Source: Nannocystales bacterium
GTDB taxonomy: Bacteria; Myxococcota_A; Polyangia; Nannocystales; Nannocystaceae
Assembly: GCA_050633305.1 (NCBI GenBank)
Contig: JBOEGF010000007.1
Coordinates: 1-64,000, forward strand
Direction: 5' to 3'
Length of the DNA stretch: 64,000 nt
Numbering within the stretch: the first letter of the stretch is position 1; each line of letters begins with the position of its first letter. Positions 37,395-47,993 of this stretch are shown here, in pieces. Made by a program: the position numbers and the translations under genes. Below the pieces are notes generated by a model. The model was not told where the DNA came from, made no database searches, and was given only the letters and a program-made list of their open reading frames with translations.

Positions 37395-38312
37395 ATGCGT
37401 GCGTGGTGGCAAGTGTTGGTGGTGGCGGCGGTCGTGGTGCTCGTCCCCGTGGGGGCCCAGGCCGGAGACCGTCTGAACGCGGCGCGGAAAGAAGCAGGGG
37501 CGTCCTCGCCCAGCCGCACCAGTTCGGGTTCGAGCTGGGGAACGGACTCGGACTCGGGGTTCGATGACGATGACGACGACGATGACGGGCTGTTGTCGGC
37601 GATCGTTGGGCTCATCGTCGGAGCGAGCGAAGACGACGACGAACTCGACTGCTGCGCGAGCACGGACAGCGTCGTGGACGAACGTCGCGGCTTCCTTCCG
37701 TTCCCCTATGCGAACCGCCGTCCCGGGTACATGGTTCGCGCGGCTCCGGACGCAGAGGTCGACGAGGACACCCGACACGTCGCCCTGCGGTTCGGTGCGG
37801 AGGGTGCCTTCCTCTACGATGACGTCTGGCGGACCTCCGCCCAGCTGCGGGTGATGATGCCGCGTTTCTACGTCGAGGGACGCTATGACCTCATGCTCGA
37901 GGGTCCCACTGCGAGGTTGGACGGGGACGTCGAAGTGCAGGGGAAGGTTCGCGATCGGCTGCACTTCGCGACGTTCGAGCTCGGGCCACAGTTCTCGCCC
38001 GGGGAGCGGCTCGCCGTGCGCTTCGGTGTGGTGGGCAATGTCATGTTCGATGACCAGCGCTCTCTTCCCGCCGACCCCACAGTCACGCCCGGCCTCGGGG
38101 CGGCGGCGGCTTTCGACCTGTATCCGATTCGACCGCTGATCGTCTCAGGACGCGGAGCCATCATGCGGTTGGGCGATACGGTGTTCATGGAGGCCCGGGG
38201 AACCCTTGGCGTCGCGCTCAACCGCGTGGAGGTGTTCGCGGGCTACGACCACCGCAAGGTCGGCGATGTCGCGTTGGGTGGACCCGTCGTTGGCGCCGCG
38301 ATCCGGTTCTAG
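37395..38312 (+). CDS. Secreted hypothetical protein, probable beta-barrel C-terminus
   Basis: Signal peptide ending AQA, poly-Asp tract, amphipathic strands, terminal Phe (AIRF). Confidence 0.7.
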   Translation: MRAWWQVLVVAAVVVLVPVGAQAGDRLNAARKEAGASSPSRTSSGSSWGTDSDSGFDDDDDDDDGLLSAIVGLIVGASEDDDELDCCASTDSVVDERRGFLPFPYANRRPGYMVRAAPDAEVDEDTRHVALRFGAEGAFLYDDVWRTSAQLRVMMPRFYVEGRYDLMLEGPTARLDGDVEVQGKVRDRLHFATFELGPQFSPGERLAVRFGVVGNVMFDDQRSLPADPTVTPGLGAAAAFDLYPIRPLIVSGRGAIMRLGDTVFMEARGTLGVALNRVEVFAGYDHRKVGDVALGGPVVGAAIRF

Positions 38313-38346
38313 CAGGAGCTGCTGCATCGCTGCACGAGCATGCGAT

Positions 38347-38964
38347 TCAGAGCCTGAGCGTCTCGAGTCCGTCGTCGTCGTCATCTTCGGTCAGGTGAAG
38401 GAGCCCGACGACGTCGCCGGCCTGCACGAGCACAGGGGTGTCGAAGATGGGGTCGCGGGCGGCCGCGTGCTGTGCCGCGATGAGGTCGATGAACCGGCGA
38501 AGGTCGTCTTCATCTTGGGCGCCCGCGGTGACGTAGGCGTGGCCACGACATGGAAGACCGACCACGAGCATGTCGCCTTCGAGGCGCGACTCGAGCTCGC
38601 GCATGAAGGCGGGGTCGAGCACAGACTCGCTCGCGTAGTACGAGCCGTGAACGTCCAGGACCGAGAGCGTGTCGTAGCTCAGCAGGGTGAGATCGAACGA
38701 GAGTGCGGTGAGACTCGCCCGTGCGGCGGCGCGGAGTTCGACAAGTCGTGCGGGATCATCGGCGAAGAAGTCGAACTGGTCACCTCTATCGATGCCATAC
38801 GCGGCGTAGGGAAGCTCGACAGATTCGCTCCACTTCGTTGTGTCTCCGATCAGAGGCTCGCACAGCGCGGAGTCTGCACCGGGCCAGTGAGGCGGCTGCA
38901 GGCTCGGCAGGATGCGGCCGGGCGCTGTGATCTCGGTCATGACTTGGGACCGATAGCGTAGCAA
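38347..38964 (-). CDS. Hypothetical acidic protein
   Basis: Fills the gap with typical codon bias. No family recognised. The start may be the internal ATG (MTEITAP). Confidence 0.65.
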   Translation of the reverse strand: MLRYRSQVMTEITAPGRILPSLQPPHWPGADSALCEPLIGDTTKWSESVELPYAAYGIDRGDQFDFFADDPARLVELRAAARASLTALSFDLTLLSYDTLSVLDVHGSYYASESVLDPAFMRELESRLEGDMLVVGLPCRGHAYVTAGAQDEDDLRRFIDLIAAQHAAARDPIFDTPVLVQAGDVVGLLHLTEDDDDDGLETLRL

Positions 38965-38994
38965 CGCTCACCGCGACGTGCCTACGCTGCGTCG

Positions 38995-40137
38995 GTGGAG
39001 CGGCGGGGACGGGGACGGGCGGGGGCGTGGCTTGCGTCGGTCGCAGCCCACGGACTGCTTGGGCTCGCACTGTTGTCGTTGCCGGAGCGCCCCGAGCCCA
39101 AGCCGTCGCCGCTGCCGGACGCGATCGAGTTGGTGTGGTTGGACGAGGTCTCGGGAGCCGCGCCGGGGTCGACGGCGGTGGAGGGGGGGCCAGGCTCCTC
39201 TTCCACCCCCTCGGAGGCGTTGGGACCCGCATCGGCGGAGCCGGCCTCGCCAAGTCCTGCGACGAAACCGCTGGCTCGCGGACCTCTGTCCGGGCCCTCG
39301 GAGTCGAAGTCGAAGTCGAAGTCGGAGTCGAATCCGGGCTCCGCGGGGCCGCCGGGATCCGATGGGCTCGCGCTTTCGGGGCTTCGGGGTTCGACGTCCT
39401 CGCGGAAGGCGGGCTCTGGCGGGGTCGTGGTGCCCCCAGCGGCGCTCGTCCAGCCGCTGCCGCCGCCCGCGGGACCCAAGACCCGAGCTGCTCCACTGGG
39501 GCCCGTTCCACTTCTTCCCGACGACACGGAGCCCCGCTCGCTGGAGGCCGCGGGGTTCCGCAAACGGAAGGACGGATCCTACAAATTCGGCGGCCTGAGC
39601 TCGCCATTCGTGGTCATCATTCGTCCGAACGGTGAGGTGCGTTTCCGGGACCGCCTGGCCGTCGTGAGCGGGATCGCAGTCCGCCCGAACCTGCTCCCCG
39701 CTCAGAAGTTGGCGGGCGAGGAGCAGTTTCGCGGGCTCAAGACCAAGATCCTGCGACAGACCGCGGAGCTGCGCATGCAGATGGCCCGGTCCTGGTCGAA
39801 GAAACAGATTCGGGCTCAGCTCGCCGCACTCTCCAGGCAGCTGAAGAGCACCTGGGAGAAGCCGAGTTGGACGCTCGAGCGTCGCCGCAAGCAACTCTTC
39901 TTGCTGTGGGATGAGTGCGATGAGCCGCCCGAGGACGAGCCGGGCGCGGGCAGCGTGGAGGACACGTTGGAGCACGCCCGGAGTGCGGCGGGCTCGAAAG
40001 CTCGCGCCATGATCGTTGGTTTCATCCGGGACGAACTCCCCGCCGGGTCCGAGGAAGCCTATCCCGCTGCGGAGCTGCGCGCCCTCAACGGCATTCGAGC
40101 CAGCCGGCAACGCTTTGCGCCGTACGGCGCTCAGTGA
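38995..40137 (+). CDS. Hypothetical membrane-anchored protein with a Pro/Ser/Gly-rich linker
   Basis: TonB-like anchor SVAAHGLL, low-complexity linker (SESKSKSKSES), C-terminal helical domain LF.LWDECDE. Confidence 0.7.
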   Translation: MERRGRGRAGAWLASVAAHGLLGLALLSLPERPEPKPSPLPDAIELVWLDEVSGAAPGSTAVEGGPGSSSTPSEALGPASAEPASPSPATKPLARGPLSGPSESKSKSKSESNPGSAGPPGSDGLALSGLRGSTSSRKAGSGGVVVPPAALVQPLPPPAGPKTRAAPLGPVPLLPDDTEPRSLEAAGFRKRKDGSYKFGGLSSPFVVIIRPNGEVRFRDRLAVVSGIAVRPNLLPAQKLAGEEQFRGLKTKILRQTAELRMQMARSWSKKQIRAQLAALSRQLKSTWEKPSWTLERRRKQLFLLWDECDEPPEDEPGAGSVEDTLEHARSAAGSKARAMIVGFIRDELPAGSEEAYPAAELRALNGIRASRQRFAPYGAQ

Positions 40138-40138
40138 G

Positions 40139-42304
40139 TCAGGCCGCGTCGAGCGTGATGTCGACCGACGTCGCGCCGCGAACCTTCACCTCGACCGTGG
40201 CCGGGGCGAACCCGGGAGCGCTGGCTTCGAGGGTGTAGCGGCCCGGTCGGCTGAGCAGTCGGTCGAACCGGCCGTCCCGGGCACGTGATGTCCACCGCTC
40301 TGCCGCCCGGAGCTGGATCTCCTTGACGTGAACGGTGGCCTCGACCGGGGTGCCTTCGGCCGTCCGCACGTGGCCGGAGATTCGGGGTCCACTGTGAACA
40401 CGGCTGAGCAACGTCCGCCACAGGGGACGGGTGGACTCGATCGCACGGGTCCGGACTTCGAGGGAGGGATTGTGATGCGAGCCCTCGACGATGTACGCGA
40501 CCGTGCCGAAGGTGTGCATCAGCCAGTCTTGGTCGCTGCCTGAGACGGGGTAGCCGTTCGCCCGAACTTTGATGAAGCGGCCATTGGGTTGCTCGAGGCC
40601 GGCCTCTTCCATCTGCTTGGCGATGACGAATGGAACGTTGGGCGTCGGTGTCTGCGTGTCGCCAACGGTGTAGGGGACGAAGATCGCGTTGCCAACGGTG
40701 TGAAATGAAATCGAAGCCGCGAAGTGCTGGCGGTCGCTCAGCGATGCCATCGCCCAGGACTCCGGCTCCGAGAAGGGGTGGGGGCCGCGGTAGTACTTGC
40801 TCCCGATCACGCCGCTACTGCCCGGCGTGGTGCCCCAGCCAAGGCCATAGTTTCGGTTGAGGTCGATGCCTTCGAAGGGGTCGTGGAACCCGTCGAGGTT
40901 GGTGTCTCGACCGTTCTTCCGGCTGGCGAAGCGGGACTCTTCGAGGAACATCCAGTTGCCGTCGGGGTTGACCATGGGCACGACCCAGATCTCCATGCCG
41001 TCGACCCAGCGGGTCACCTCGCGGTCGCGCCCGTAGTTTTCGAGAAGCTGAGCCGCCGCGTCGAGGGGGTACTCCACCGAGAGCAACTCGCTGGCGTGGT
41101 GCGACCCGTTGAATAGGACGCTGGGTTCGGACTCCTGTGCGCTGGGGTTGTCGGAGATTTTGAGCCCCCAGATCGGGCGGCCTTGGTGGCTGCGCCCGAG
41201 TTCCACGAGGGTGCTGATGTCGGCGTACTTCTCGTGGTAGCCCCGGAGAATCGCTTCGACCATGTCCGCGTTCTTGTAGCTGAGATCCAGCTTGAACCCC
41301 CGCCGGGTCGCGACGGGGCCCTTGGCGGCTTGGACTCGGTAGTCCGGATCGAAGGTCTTCCATGGGACGTTCGAGTCTGCGGTGAGGACGGGGACCCCCG
41401 CTCGCTTGATGCGTTCAAACCCGACGGTGTCGGTGAACACGACCGCCTGGCGGGTGCCGTCGTCTCCGGTGAGTCGCGCCTTCACGTTCCGGCGAAGCTC
41501 TCGCGGGAGATCGCGGACCGAAGCCTCCGGAACGAACACGAAGCGGGTGTTGCCGAACGGTGTCGTCCCGGGGTCCGCATCGAGGCCGTAGCGCTTCGGG
41601 GCTCCTTGGCGACCCGAGCCCTTGGCCTTCGGAGCGGGAACTCGTGTGTCCATGACGGAGAGCAGGCCAAACTGCATGGCCTCTGCTCGTTTGCCGGCGC
41701 GAAACCCGACGCGCCCGTCGGTGTAGGTGGTCTCGTGCACCGCGAGCGAGCCGAGTCGGTCGAGGGACTCGCCGTCGTACACCGTCGCGATGATCTGCGG
41801 ACCGACGAGGTAGACGATGACCTCGAGCGTGTGGGTCCGCTGGAGCCGAGGAATCTCGAGAGGGGGTCCCACGGGAAGGACGGTCCCCTTGTCCCACCGC
41901 ATGAGCCGGGCCCCATCGGTGTCGAATGCCAACTCGTAGCCCGACAGCTCGCGCAGGTCGCTCCCGGCTTGGGCCCGAAAAATGACCGACCCGTCGATGC
42001 GCTTCCCGGGGCGGAGTCGGGCGCGAACGAGGCCATCGGCGACGTCCCGCACCCCCTTGCGAACCAGCCAGAAGCGGTTCCCGGTGCCCTCTTCGGCGCC
42101 GAGGTCCAGCTGCCCATCCTGCTCGGTCCAGGGCCCCGTGAGGTCTGCGTCCCCGGCGGTCGGGGCCTGCTTGGGCAGGGCTCTTCCGTGCAAGACCTGC
42201 TCCCGGTCGGGGTCGAAGTCAGGGAACCCGGAGGCGGATGCGACGCCGACCCACAGCCAACAGATCACTGCGGTCAGGGCAGCGACAGATCGGAGAGCAC
42301 GCAT
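40139..42304 (-). CDS. M14 zinc carboxypeptidase with N-terminal beta-sandwich and C-terminal regulatory-like domain
   Basis: GSHHASE, PMVNPDG, RKN, GIDLNRN, FSEPE, SFHT; signal peptide. Confidence 0.92.
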   Translation of the reverse strand: MRALRSVAALTAVICWLWVGVASASGFPDFDPDREQVLHGRALPKQAPTAGDADLTGPWTEQDGQLDLGAEEGTGNRFWLVRKGVRDVADGLVRARLRPGKRIDGSVIFRAQAGSDLRELSGYELAFDTDGARLMRWDKGTVLPVGPPLEIPRLQRTHTLEVIVYLVGPQIIATVYDGESLDRLGSLAVHETTYTDGRVGFRAGKRAEAMQFGLLSVMDTRVPAPKAKGSGRQGAPKRYGLDADPGTTPFGNTRFVFVPEASVRDLPRELRRNVKARLTGDDGTRQAVVFTDTVGFERIKRAGVPVLTADSNVPWKTFDPDYRVQAAKGPVATRRGFKLDLSYKNADMVEAILRGYHEKYADISTLVELGRSHQGRPIWGLKISDNPSAQESEPSVLFNGSHHASELLSVEYPLDAAAQLLENYGRDREVTRWVDGMEIWVVPMVNPDGNWMFLEESRFASRKNGRDTNLDGFHDPFEGIDLNRNYGLGWGTTPGSSGVIGSKYYRGPHPFSEPESWAMASLSDRQHFAASISFHTVGNAIFVPYTVGDTQTPTPNVPFVIAKQMEEAGLEQPNGRFIKVRANGYPVSGSDQDWLMHTFGTVAYIVEGSHHNPSLEVRTRAIESTRPLWRTLLSRVHSGPRISGHVRTAEGTPVEATVHVKEIQLRAAERWTSRARDGRFDRLLSRPGRYTLEASAPGFAPATVEVKVRGATSVDITLDAA

Positions 42305-42441
42305 GACCCTGTGAGCATGACACGGATCAGCACGAACCCCCCGCGAACTCGCCACAACCGAAAGGGCGGAGGAGAGGACGTGCGCGCCTCCAACCCCCTA
42401 CGGCACGGCGAAGATCGGGCCAGGGGGTGAGACGCCTGGAC

Positions 42442-44913
42442 TCACTCGTCGCCGGCGGGGAACCCAAGCAGGGTTACATCTCCGTGGTGCCCTGGGATGC
42501 GGTCTTCGAGCAGCTTGGGAATGCTGTCGTAGCCTTTGCGCGCGATCCGTTTTTGGTGGAACGGACCCCATGACACGCTGTGGTGCCAGTGCCCCGTCTG
42601 CTTGAAGCCGCCCCGGGAGTTGGTCTGTAGCACCACGCTTTGCCCGTCCATCGGCAGGCCGAGGACGTTGGCCCGGTAGGCGTCCGTGACGGTTCCTCCC
42701 CACGAGGAGGGGGCGTTGGATGTGTAGTAGACGCGCACGGGAATACCGAGCTTGTCCGCGGCTGCGCCGACCTTCGCCAACGCGCCGCCATCGCGGAGCA
42801 AGTCGCCACCGACGACGCGCAGTCGCCCCTGCTGGACCAGGGTACGGATGTACGCGTAGTTCTTGTCGTGCGCCAGCCACCCGTAGTCGCCGGCTTTGGG
42901 CTTGGCCTTTCGCTTCTCTTGGTAGTAGGGCGCGAGCTTGTCCGCGGTGGCCATGAATCCGGCCCGCTGCCGCTTCCGCATCGTGTCGTCGCTGAACGCG
43001 GCATCGATCACCTTGAGCGCCTTGGCCCGACCAGCGGGTGCGAAGAAGGCGATGAAGTCGTCTGCCGTCTCGGCCGCTTCGATCAGCGCGAAGACTCGGC
43101 GGTGGTTGTTCACGACCCGGGGGTCGTAGTCCATCACCCACGCCCACTGTGATCGCGCGGCGGCAATGGTGCTGTAGTTCTGGTCGGAACCAATGCCCAC
43201 GTAGCCCCCAGCCAGGTTCTCCACGTAGTCGTTCCACAGGTAGGAGCGTGGCTCGTTGGTCATGATGTAGGGGAAGGGATCGCGACACGTGGTCTCGGAC
43301 CGCCCCCCTTTGGCCTGCGCGTCGCCCCAGGTCTCGCGGACTTTGGCACCGCAGATTCGCTTGTCCTCGATCGGGTCGTCCTCGACAGCCTCAACGATCT
43401 CGAGCGAAGCTTTGGATGGGGGCTCGAGGGTGGCCGGCACGTGCCGCTGCGCGGTGAGTTGCGCGGGCGGGTAGGTGGTGAGGTAGGGATTCTCCGTGGC
43501 GCACCGCATCCCCAGCCGGTGACTTCCAGTCTTCAGCTTCTCCAGCCGTCGGTGCGAACCGCGGGTTCGATGCTTGGGCCAGTACCAGCTCCCTCCGCGA
43601 AGGATGCGCTGTCCCTTGCACGGAAACGCGCCGTCGCACAGTCCCTGGGGGTCGAGTCCGTTGCACGCCTCGCCGCACGCTTCGACGCTCTCGATCCCCG
43701 CGCTGGATGTCCACTCGTAGCCGTTGCCCGCCATCTCGTGCAGGCCATAATGCCCTGCGGGGAACGAGCCGACCGGTTGGGTCGCGTGTTCGTTGCAGTC
43801 CCAGCGGTGGGCCTTTCCCGCGTAGGGCTTGCAGCCGTAGGGCGCACATTCTCGGAAGACCGCTCGTTCGCAGGTCGGCTCCTCGTCGCCCCACGGGTAG
43901 AGTTCGCCGTCGGGTCCGCGGGCTGCTTTCTCCCACTCCCACTCGGTCGGCAGGCGCTTGCCCGCCCAGGCGCAGTAGCCCCGTGCACGGTGCCAGTCCA
44001 TCGGCATCGCGGGCTGATCGTCGGCGACGAACGGCTTCATGATGTTCTGGGTCCGGTTGATCCGGACCTTGCACGCCCCCGCTTCGTGACACGCGTCGTA
44101 CTGCGCGTTGGTCACTTCGTAGCGGTCGACGTAGACGGTGCTGACAATGAGCTCCCGCTGGGGCGCCTCTTCGGGAAGGCCGTCGTCGTACCCCACAATC
44201 GCCGGACCGCCCGGGATGCACACCATGTCCTTAGGGGCGGGGACACAGGGGGCGAACGCGAACGAGAGCACGGCCGTCGCGCCGGCTTTGGTCACCGCAG
44301 TCGATGCTTCGAGCAGAGTTTTCGCGGTTGCAGAGTCGAGCAGGTCGATCGCGACGGTGGGGCCGGCGCTCGAAAGGGCGCTCGCCATGGCCTCCAGGGT
44401 GTCGCCCGCGTCGGTGCGGGCGTCGTCGCGGTACAGGACCCACCCCGAGCCACGAGCACGGAGGATCGGCGAGGCGTCGTCGGCCGCGGGTCGGTTCACC
44501 ACGACGGCGTAAGCATCGAGCTTGAGCTGGATGCCGGTGCCAGGTGCGATCGTGCTCGCCCACACCTGCCGAAGTGCGCCCACCGTGCTGTCCGCCTCGG
44601 CACTGAGGATTCGTTCACGCGCGCCCGCGAAGGCGGTCTGCAGGTCGGGATGGTCGTAGACCGCTTGGTACGCGTCGTCTACGCGACCGGGTGCCTCGAT
44701 GGGGCGCAGGGGCACAGGGGGCTCCTCACCGATTCGAAGCTCGTTGCCCTGGAGTTTGAGCGTCACCACGTCCGGACGCACAATCGCGGGGGAGCTCTGA
44801 GAGTCCGCCTCTTGCGGGGTTGGGGCGGGGAGCTCGGGCTCGACCGCAGGCCGAGGCGCGGGCTCCTGGCAGGCGGCAGCGAGGGCGCAGAGCAGCAGCG
44901 AGGCGCGACGCAT
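42442..44913 (-). CDS. Multidomain lipoprotein: FGE-sulfatase-like domain fused to an uncharacterised C-terminal domain
   Basis: AAAC lipobox; MVCIPGG, YEVTN, KRLPTEWEWEKAARG, MAGNGYEW, RGGSW, GMRC. Then about 290 aa containing TNE, GGYVGIGSDQNY, MDYDP and YTSNA. Confidence 0.85.
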   Translation of the reverse strand: MRRASLLLCALAAACQEPAPRPAVEPELPAPTPQEADSQSSPAIVRPDVVTLKLQGNELRIGEEPPVPLRPIEAPGRVDDAYQAVYDHPDLQTAFAGARERILSAEADSTVGALRQVWASTIAPGTGIQLKLDAYAVVVNRPAADDASPILRARGSGWVLYRDDARTDAGDTLEAMASALSSAGPTVAIDLLDSATAKTLLEASTAVTKAGATAVLSFAFAPCVPAPKDMVCIPGGPAIVGYDDGLPEEAPQRELIVSTVYVDRYEVTNAQYDACHEAGACKVRINRTQNIMKPFVADDQPAMPMDWHRARGYCAWAGKRLPTEWEWEKAARGPDGELYPWGDEEPTCERAVFRECAPYGCKPYAGKAHRWDCNEHATQPVGSFPAGHYGLHEMAGNGYEWTSSAGIESVEACGEACNGLDPQGLCDGAFPCKGQRILRGGSWYWPKHRTRGSHRRLEKLKTGSHRLGMRCATENPYLTTYPPAQLTAQRHVPATLEPPSKASLEIVEAVEDDPIEDKRICGAKVRETWGDAQAKGGRSETTCRDPFPYIMTNEPRSYLWNDYVENLAGGYVGIGSDQNYSTIAAARSQWAWVMDYDPRVVNNHRRVFALIEAAETADDFIAFFAPAGRAKALKVIDAAFSDDTMRKRQRAGFMATADKLAPYYQEKRKAKPKAGDYGWLAHDKNYAYIRTLVQQGRLRVVGGDLLRDGGALAKVGAAADKLGIPVRVYYTSNAPSSWGGTVTDAYRANVLGLPMDGQSVVLQTNSRGGFKQTGHWHHSVSWGPFHQKRIARKGYDSIPKLLEDRIPGHHGDVTLLGFPAGDE

Positions 44914-44943
44914 CGCGCTTCGATACCACGGAGGCCGGCTTGC

Positions 44944-45714
44944 CTACTCGAACTTGGAGAAATCGGGGGCGCGCTTCTGGAAGAAGGCCTGCATGGCCTC
45001 CGCGGCTTCAGGTGATCGCAGTCGCTCCAGGAAGAGCTCCCCCTCGCGGTCCATGGAGGCATGCAGCATGTCGCGGTGGGCCCGGCTGATCAGGGACTTG
45101 GTCAGGCGTACCGATGCTGGGGGCAGGGCGGCGACCTTGAGGGCGACACTTCGGACCCGCTCGTCGAGGTCGCCGGGGGAGAGGACCTCGTTGACCAGTC
45201 CGATGTTCAACGCCGTCGCGGCATCGAAGGCCTCCCCGAGCAGCAGTAGCTCGGTGGCTTTCACGCGCCCGGCAAGTCGAGGCAGCAGGTAGCTCGAGCC
45301 AGCTTCGGGACACAAGCCCAGGGGGACGAAGGGCATCTTGAACTTCGAGCGGTCCGAGCAGTAGACGAGGTCGCAGTGCATCAGCAGCGTGGTGCCGATG
45401 CCCACGGCGACGCCGTTGACGGCGGCGATCACCGGTGTGCTCAGCTGTGGGAGCAGACCGAGAACTCTGCCGACCGGAGAGTCCATGGTGCTGGGCGGAT
45501 CTCGCATGAAGTCGCCGAGGTCATTCCCCGCGGTGAAGCTCCCACCCTCGCCTCGGATGACGACCGCCCGTACCGCGGAGTCTTTTTCGCCCTGCTGCAG
45601 CTGGCTGAACAGCGCGTCGTACATCGCCATCGTCAGCGCGTTCTTCTTCTCCGGGCGGTTGAACGAGATCGTGAGCACGTTCTCGGACAGCTCGTGGGTG
45701 AGCACTTCAGGCAT
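44944..45714 (-). CDS. Enoyl-CoA hydratase/isomerase
   Basis: NRPEKKNAL, FTAGNDL, GIGTT, LGLCPEAGSS. Confidence 0.93.
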   Translation of the reverse strand: MPEVLTHELSENVLTISFNRPEKKNALTMAMYDALFSQLQQGEKDSAVRAVVIRGEGGSFTAGNDLGDFMRDPPSTMDSPVGRVLGLLPQLSTPVIAAVNGVAVGIGTTLLMHCDLVYCSDRSKFKMPFVPLGLCPEAGSSYLLPRLAGRVKATELLLLGEAFDAATALNIGLVNEVLSPGDLDERVRSVALKVAALPPASVRLTKSLISRAHRDMLHASMDREGELFLERLRSPEAAEAMQAFFQKRAPDFSKFE

Positions 45715-45838
45715 GGCCACGCAGGCTACCTGGGTTTTGGCCTGCAAAAGCCCCTGGCGGGCCTGCGCCACCTTCTGGGCGTGGTAGGCGCGGTCTCGGC
45801 GGCCGAATCCAACGCGGGAGACCGACCGCGGTAGAGTT

Positions 45839-47551
45839 GTGGAAGTGACGCAAGGCGCCGAGTCCTCCGCATCGAAGCCCCCGATTGTCGTCGAGCCTCC
45901 TGCGGGTGGGTTCGACCGACCCGGCATGCGGACGCTGGTGAAAGAATCCGGTCTGGCCAAGGTGATGCACGCGTACGTGCGCGCGCCGTTCGGACACACG
46001 GTCACGACGCTCGGGGCACTCGAGGCCGCGACGGAGTCGTGCGACCTAGCCCTTGCGGTCGGCGAGGCGATGCACGCTGCCCTGCTCGAAGACATCGCCC
46101 GCAGCGGCAGCTTGGCGATCCCAGAGCCAACCCTCGACCAGCGCTTGTTCATCGGCGCCTTCGCATTGACGGCGCTCGCGGATGAACTCTGCCCGCGGCT
46201 CGCCGAGATCGCGCCTGTGCCCGACCCCTCGTCGGACCTCGAAGCGGAGGGTCTGGAGACGCTGCTCGAGCACGCTCCGCGCGCGTTGTTGGAGCGTGTG
46301 TTGAAGATGGCGGCGCGATACGTCGAGGTGCAGCAAAAACGTCACGCGGGCGCAGGTGGGTCGGATTTGCTCGAGCGCCAAGCCTGGGTGGTCACGACGA
46401 TGCATGCGTTCGTTGTGCAGCTACGAGGGGCGGTGGAGCGCCTGACCCACGGCGGCCGACTTCGTCCTTTTGGTGTCGCCTTGGCACAGCGGATGGTGAC
46501 CGTCGGCACTCGTCGATACGAGGGGTTTCGGGCCCGACCGGTCGGAGACCCCGTCACCGACCTCAAGCCGATCGCGGTCGAGGACATCGTGGGCAACACC
46601 GATTACGTGGAGGCGGCGCTCAAGTTGGCGCGCGATGTGGCCGCGTACGACCTTCAGGCGGGCAGCAGCGCGAAGCGCATCAACCCGGTGTTGTTTGCGT
46701 TGGGTCGGCCCGGCTGCGGGAAAACCATCACCGCCCACGCGATCGGCAACTACTTTCTCGACTACTGCCGTCAGCGGGACATCCCCGCCCGGTTCCGGGT
46801 CATTCGTCGCACCGACTGGGCCAGCTCGTACCAGAACGCGAGCGCGTCCTCGTTGATCAAGATCTTCAAGGAGGAGGTCTATGGCTTCGATGGTGTGTGC
46901 GGCGTGTACTGGGCCGACATCGATACCGCGTTCGCGAGTCGAAGCAGTGGCGACCTCCGCATGGAGGAGAAGAACAACCTCGGCGCGGTGTTCGGCATCT
47001 TTGATGGGACCCTCATCCCGAAGGATGGAAAGTGGTTCATGATGTGCGACGCCAACTTCATGCAGATGGACGAAGCGACCACCTCGCGGATCGCCCAGAA
47101 CCCGTTTCGTGTACGCGGTCCCACGACGGCCGAGGACTACGTCCGCTTGCTGCGCGACGTCTTGCTGAGGGAGGAAACCGCCAACATCACGGCGAGCCCC
47201 GAGCAGTGGCTCGAGATCGGGGCGCAGTGTGTTCAGGCAGATCTCTCCGGGCGCGCGGTCGAGTCTGTGTCGGGGAACGTGCGGGCTGCGATCCAGGACT
47301 TCGAGTACCCGGACCACTACTTCGCCGCCGACTTCGAGACACGCCAGCGGTTGCTGAGCGAGTTGTCGGTCAAGGTCGATGCCGACGCCGTTCTCAAGGA
47401 GGTCAGTGACTACGTCGAGTTCCAGAAGGAGGCCGAAGAGTCGGCGGCCGCAAGTCGGTTCGAGCAAGAGGTGTCGCAGATGGTGGAGCGGCTCAACGCT
47501 GGCCGAGCGGCGGCGGAGCGCTTGGCCGCATCGGAGTCGACCTCGGATTGA
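45839..47551 (+). CDS. AAA+ family ATPase with a long N-terminal helical region
   Basis: Walker A GRPGCGKT, Walker-B-position VYWADID, sensor/Arg-finger-like CDAN...DEATTSRI, LSGRAV. Confidence 0.8.
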   Translation: MEVTQGAESSASKPPIVVEPPAGGFDRPGMRTLVKESGLAKVMHAYVRAPFGHTVTTLGALEAATESCDLALAVGEAMHAALLEDIARSGSLAIPEPTLDQRLFIGAFALTALADELCPRLAEIAPVPDPSSDLEAEGLETLLEHAPRALLERVLKMAARYVEVQQKRHAGAGGSDLLERQAWVVTTMHAFVVQLRGAVERLTHGGRLRPFGVALAQRMVTVGTRRYEGFRARPVGDPVTDLKPIAVEDIVGNTDYVEAALKLARDVAAYDLQAGSSAKRINPVLFALGRPGCGKTITAHAIGNYFLDYCRQRDIPARFRVIRRTDWASSYQNASASSLIKIFKEEVYGFDGVCGVYWADIDTAFASRSSGDLRMEEKNNLGAVFGIFDGTLIPKDGKWFMMCDANFMQMDEATTSRIAQNPFRVRGPTTAEDYVRLLRDVLLREETANITASPEQWLEIGAQCVQADLSGRAVESVSGNVRAAIQDFEYPDHYFAADFETRQRLLSELSVKVDADAVLKEVSDYVEFQKEAEESAAASRFEQEVSQMVERLNAGRAAAERLAASESTSD

Positions 47552-47583
47552 TTGCGCGACGAGCCGCGTGGCATGATCGACAC

Positions 47584-47979
47584 ATGGAGGAAGGGACGCT
47601 CGAGGGGATACCGCCGTCTGCAGCAAGTACGTTCTCCCGCTTGCTTTCCGTCGCGGCTCGCGATGCGGAGGTTCTACGTCGGTCCGTCGACCGCTACCTG
47701 GAGACGATCATCGAAGCGGCGCAAACCCGTACTCATCTCGACACCAAGCTGGCGGCAGCGATCGCCAGCAGCTGTCACGGGTTGATCGACGAGCTGCCCA
47801 CCGCGTCCGCCGAAAACGGCCGAAGGATCGTCGCGGCTGTCGAGTACTTCCTGCTTCCACGGGACGGCGAGGACGACCTTGCCTACATCGATGGGCTGGA
47901 CGACGACGCAATGGTCGTCACGGCGGTTGCTTCAACCCTCGGTCGCCCCGAACTCTCCGTTCCGATTCCTGTACGCTGA
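47584..47979 (+). CDS. YkvA/DUF1232-like protein
   Basis: AAVEYFLLPRDGEDDLAYIDGLDDDAMVV. Confidence 0.7.
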   Translation: MEEGTLEGIPPSAASTFSRLLSVAARDAEVLRRSVDRYLETIIEAAQTRTHLDTKLAAAIASSCHGLIDELPTASAENGRRIVAAVEYFLLPRDGEDDLAYIDGLDDDAMVVTAVASTLGRPELSVPIPVR

Positions 47980-47993
47980 CGCCGCGTCCTCTC

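Noticed and set aside
39300..39333. (GTCGAA)n microsatellite as a phase-variation tract
   Set aside because: The 6-bp unit keeps the frame and encodes a Ser-Lys linker.
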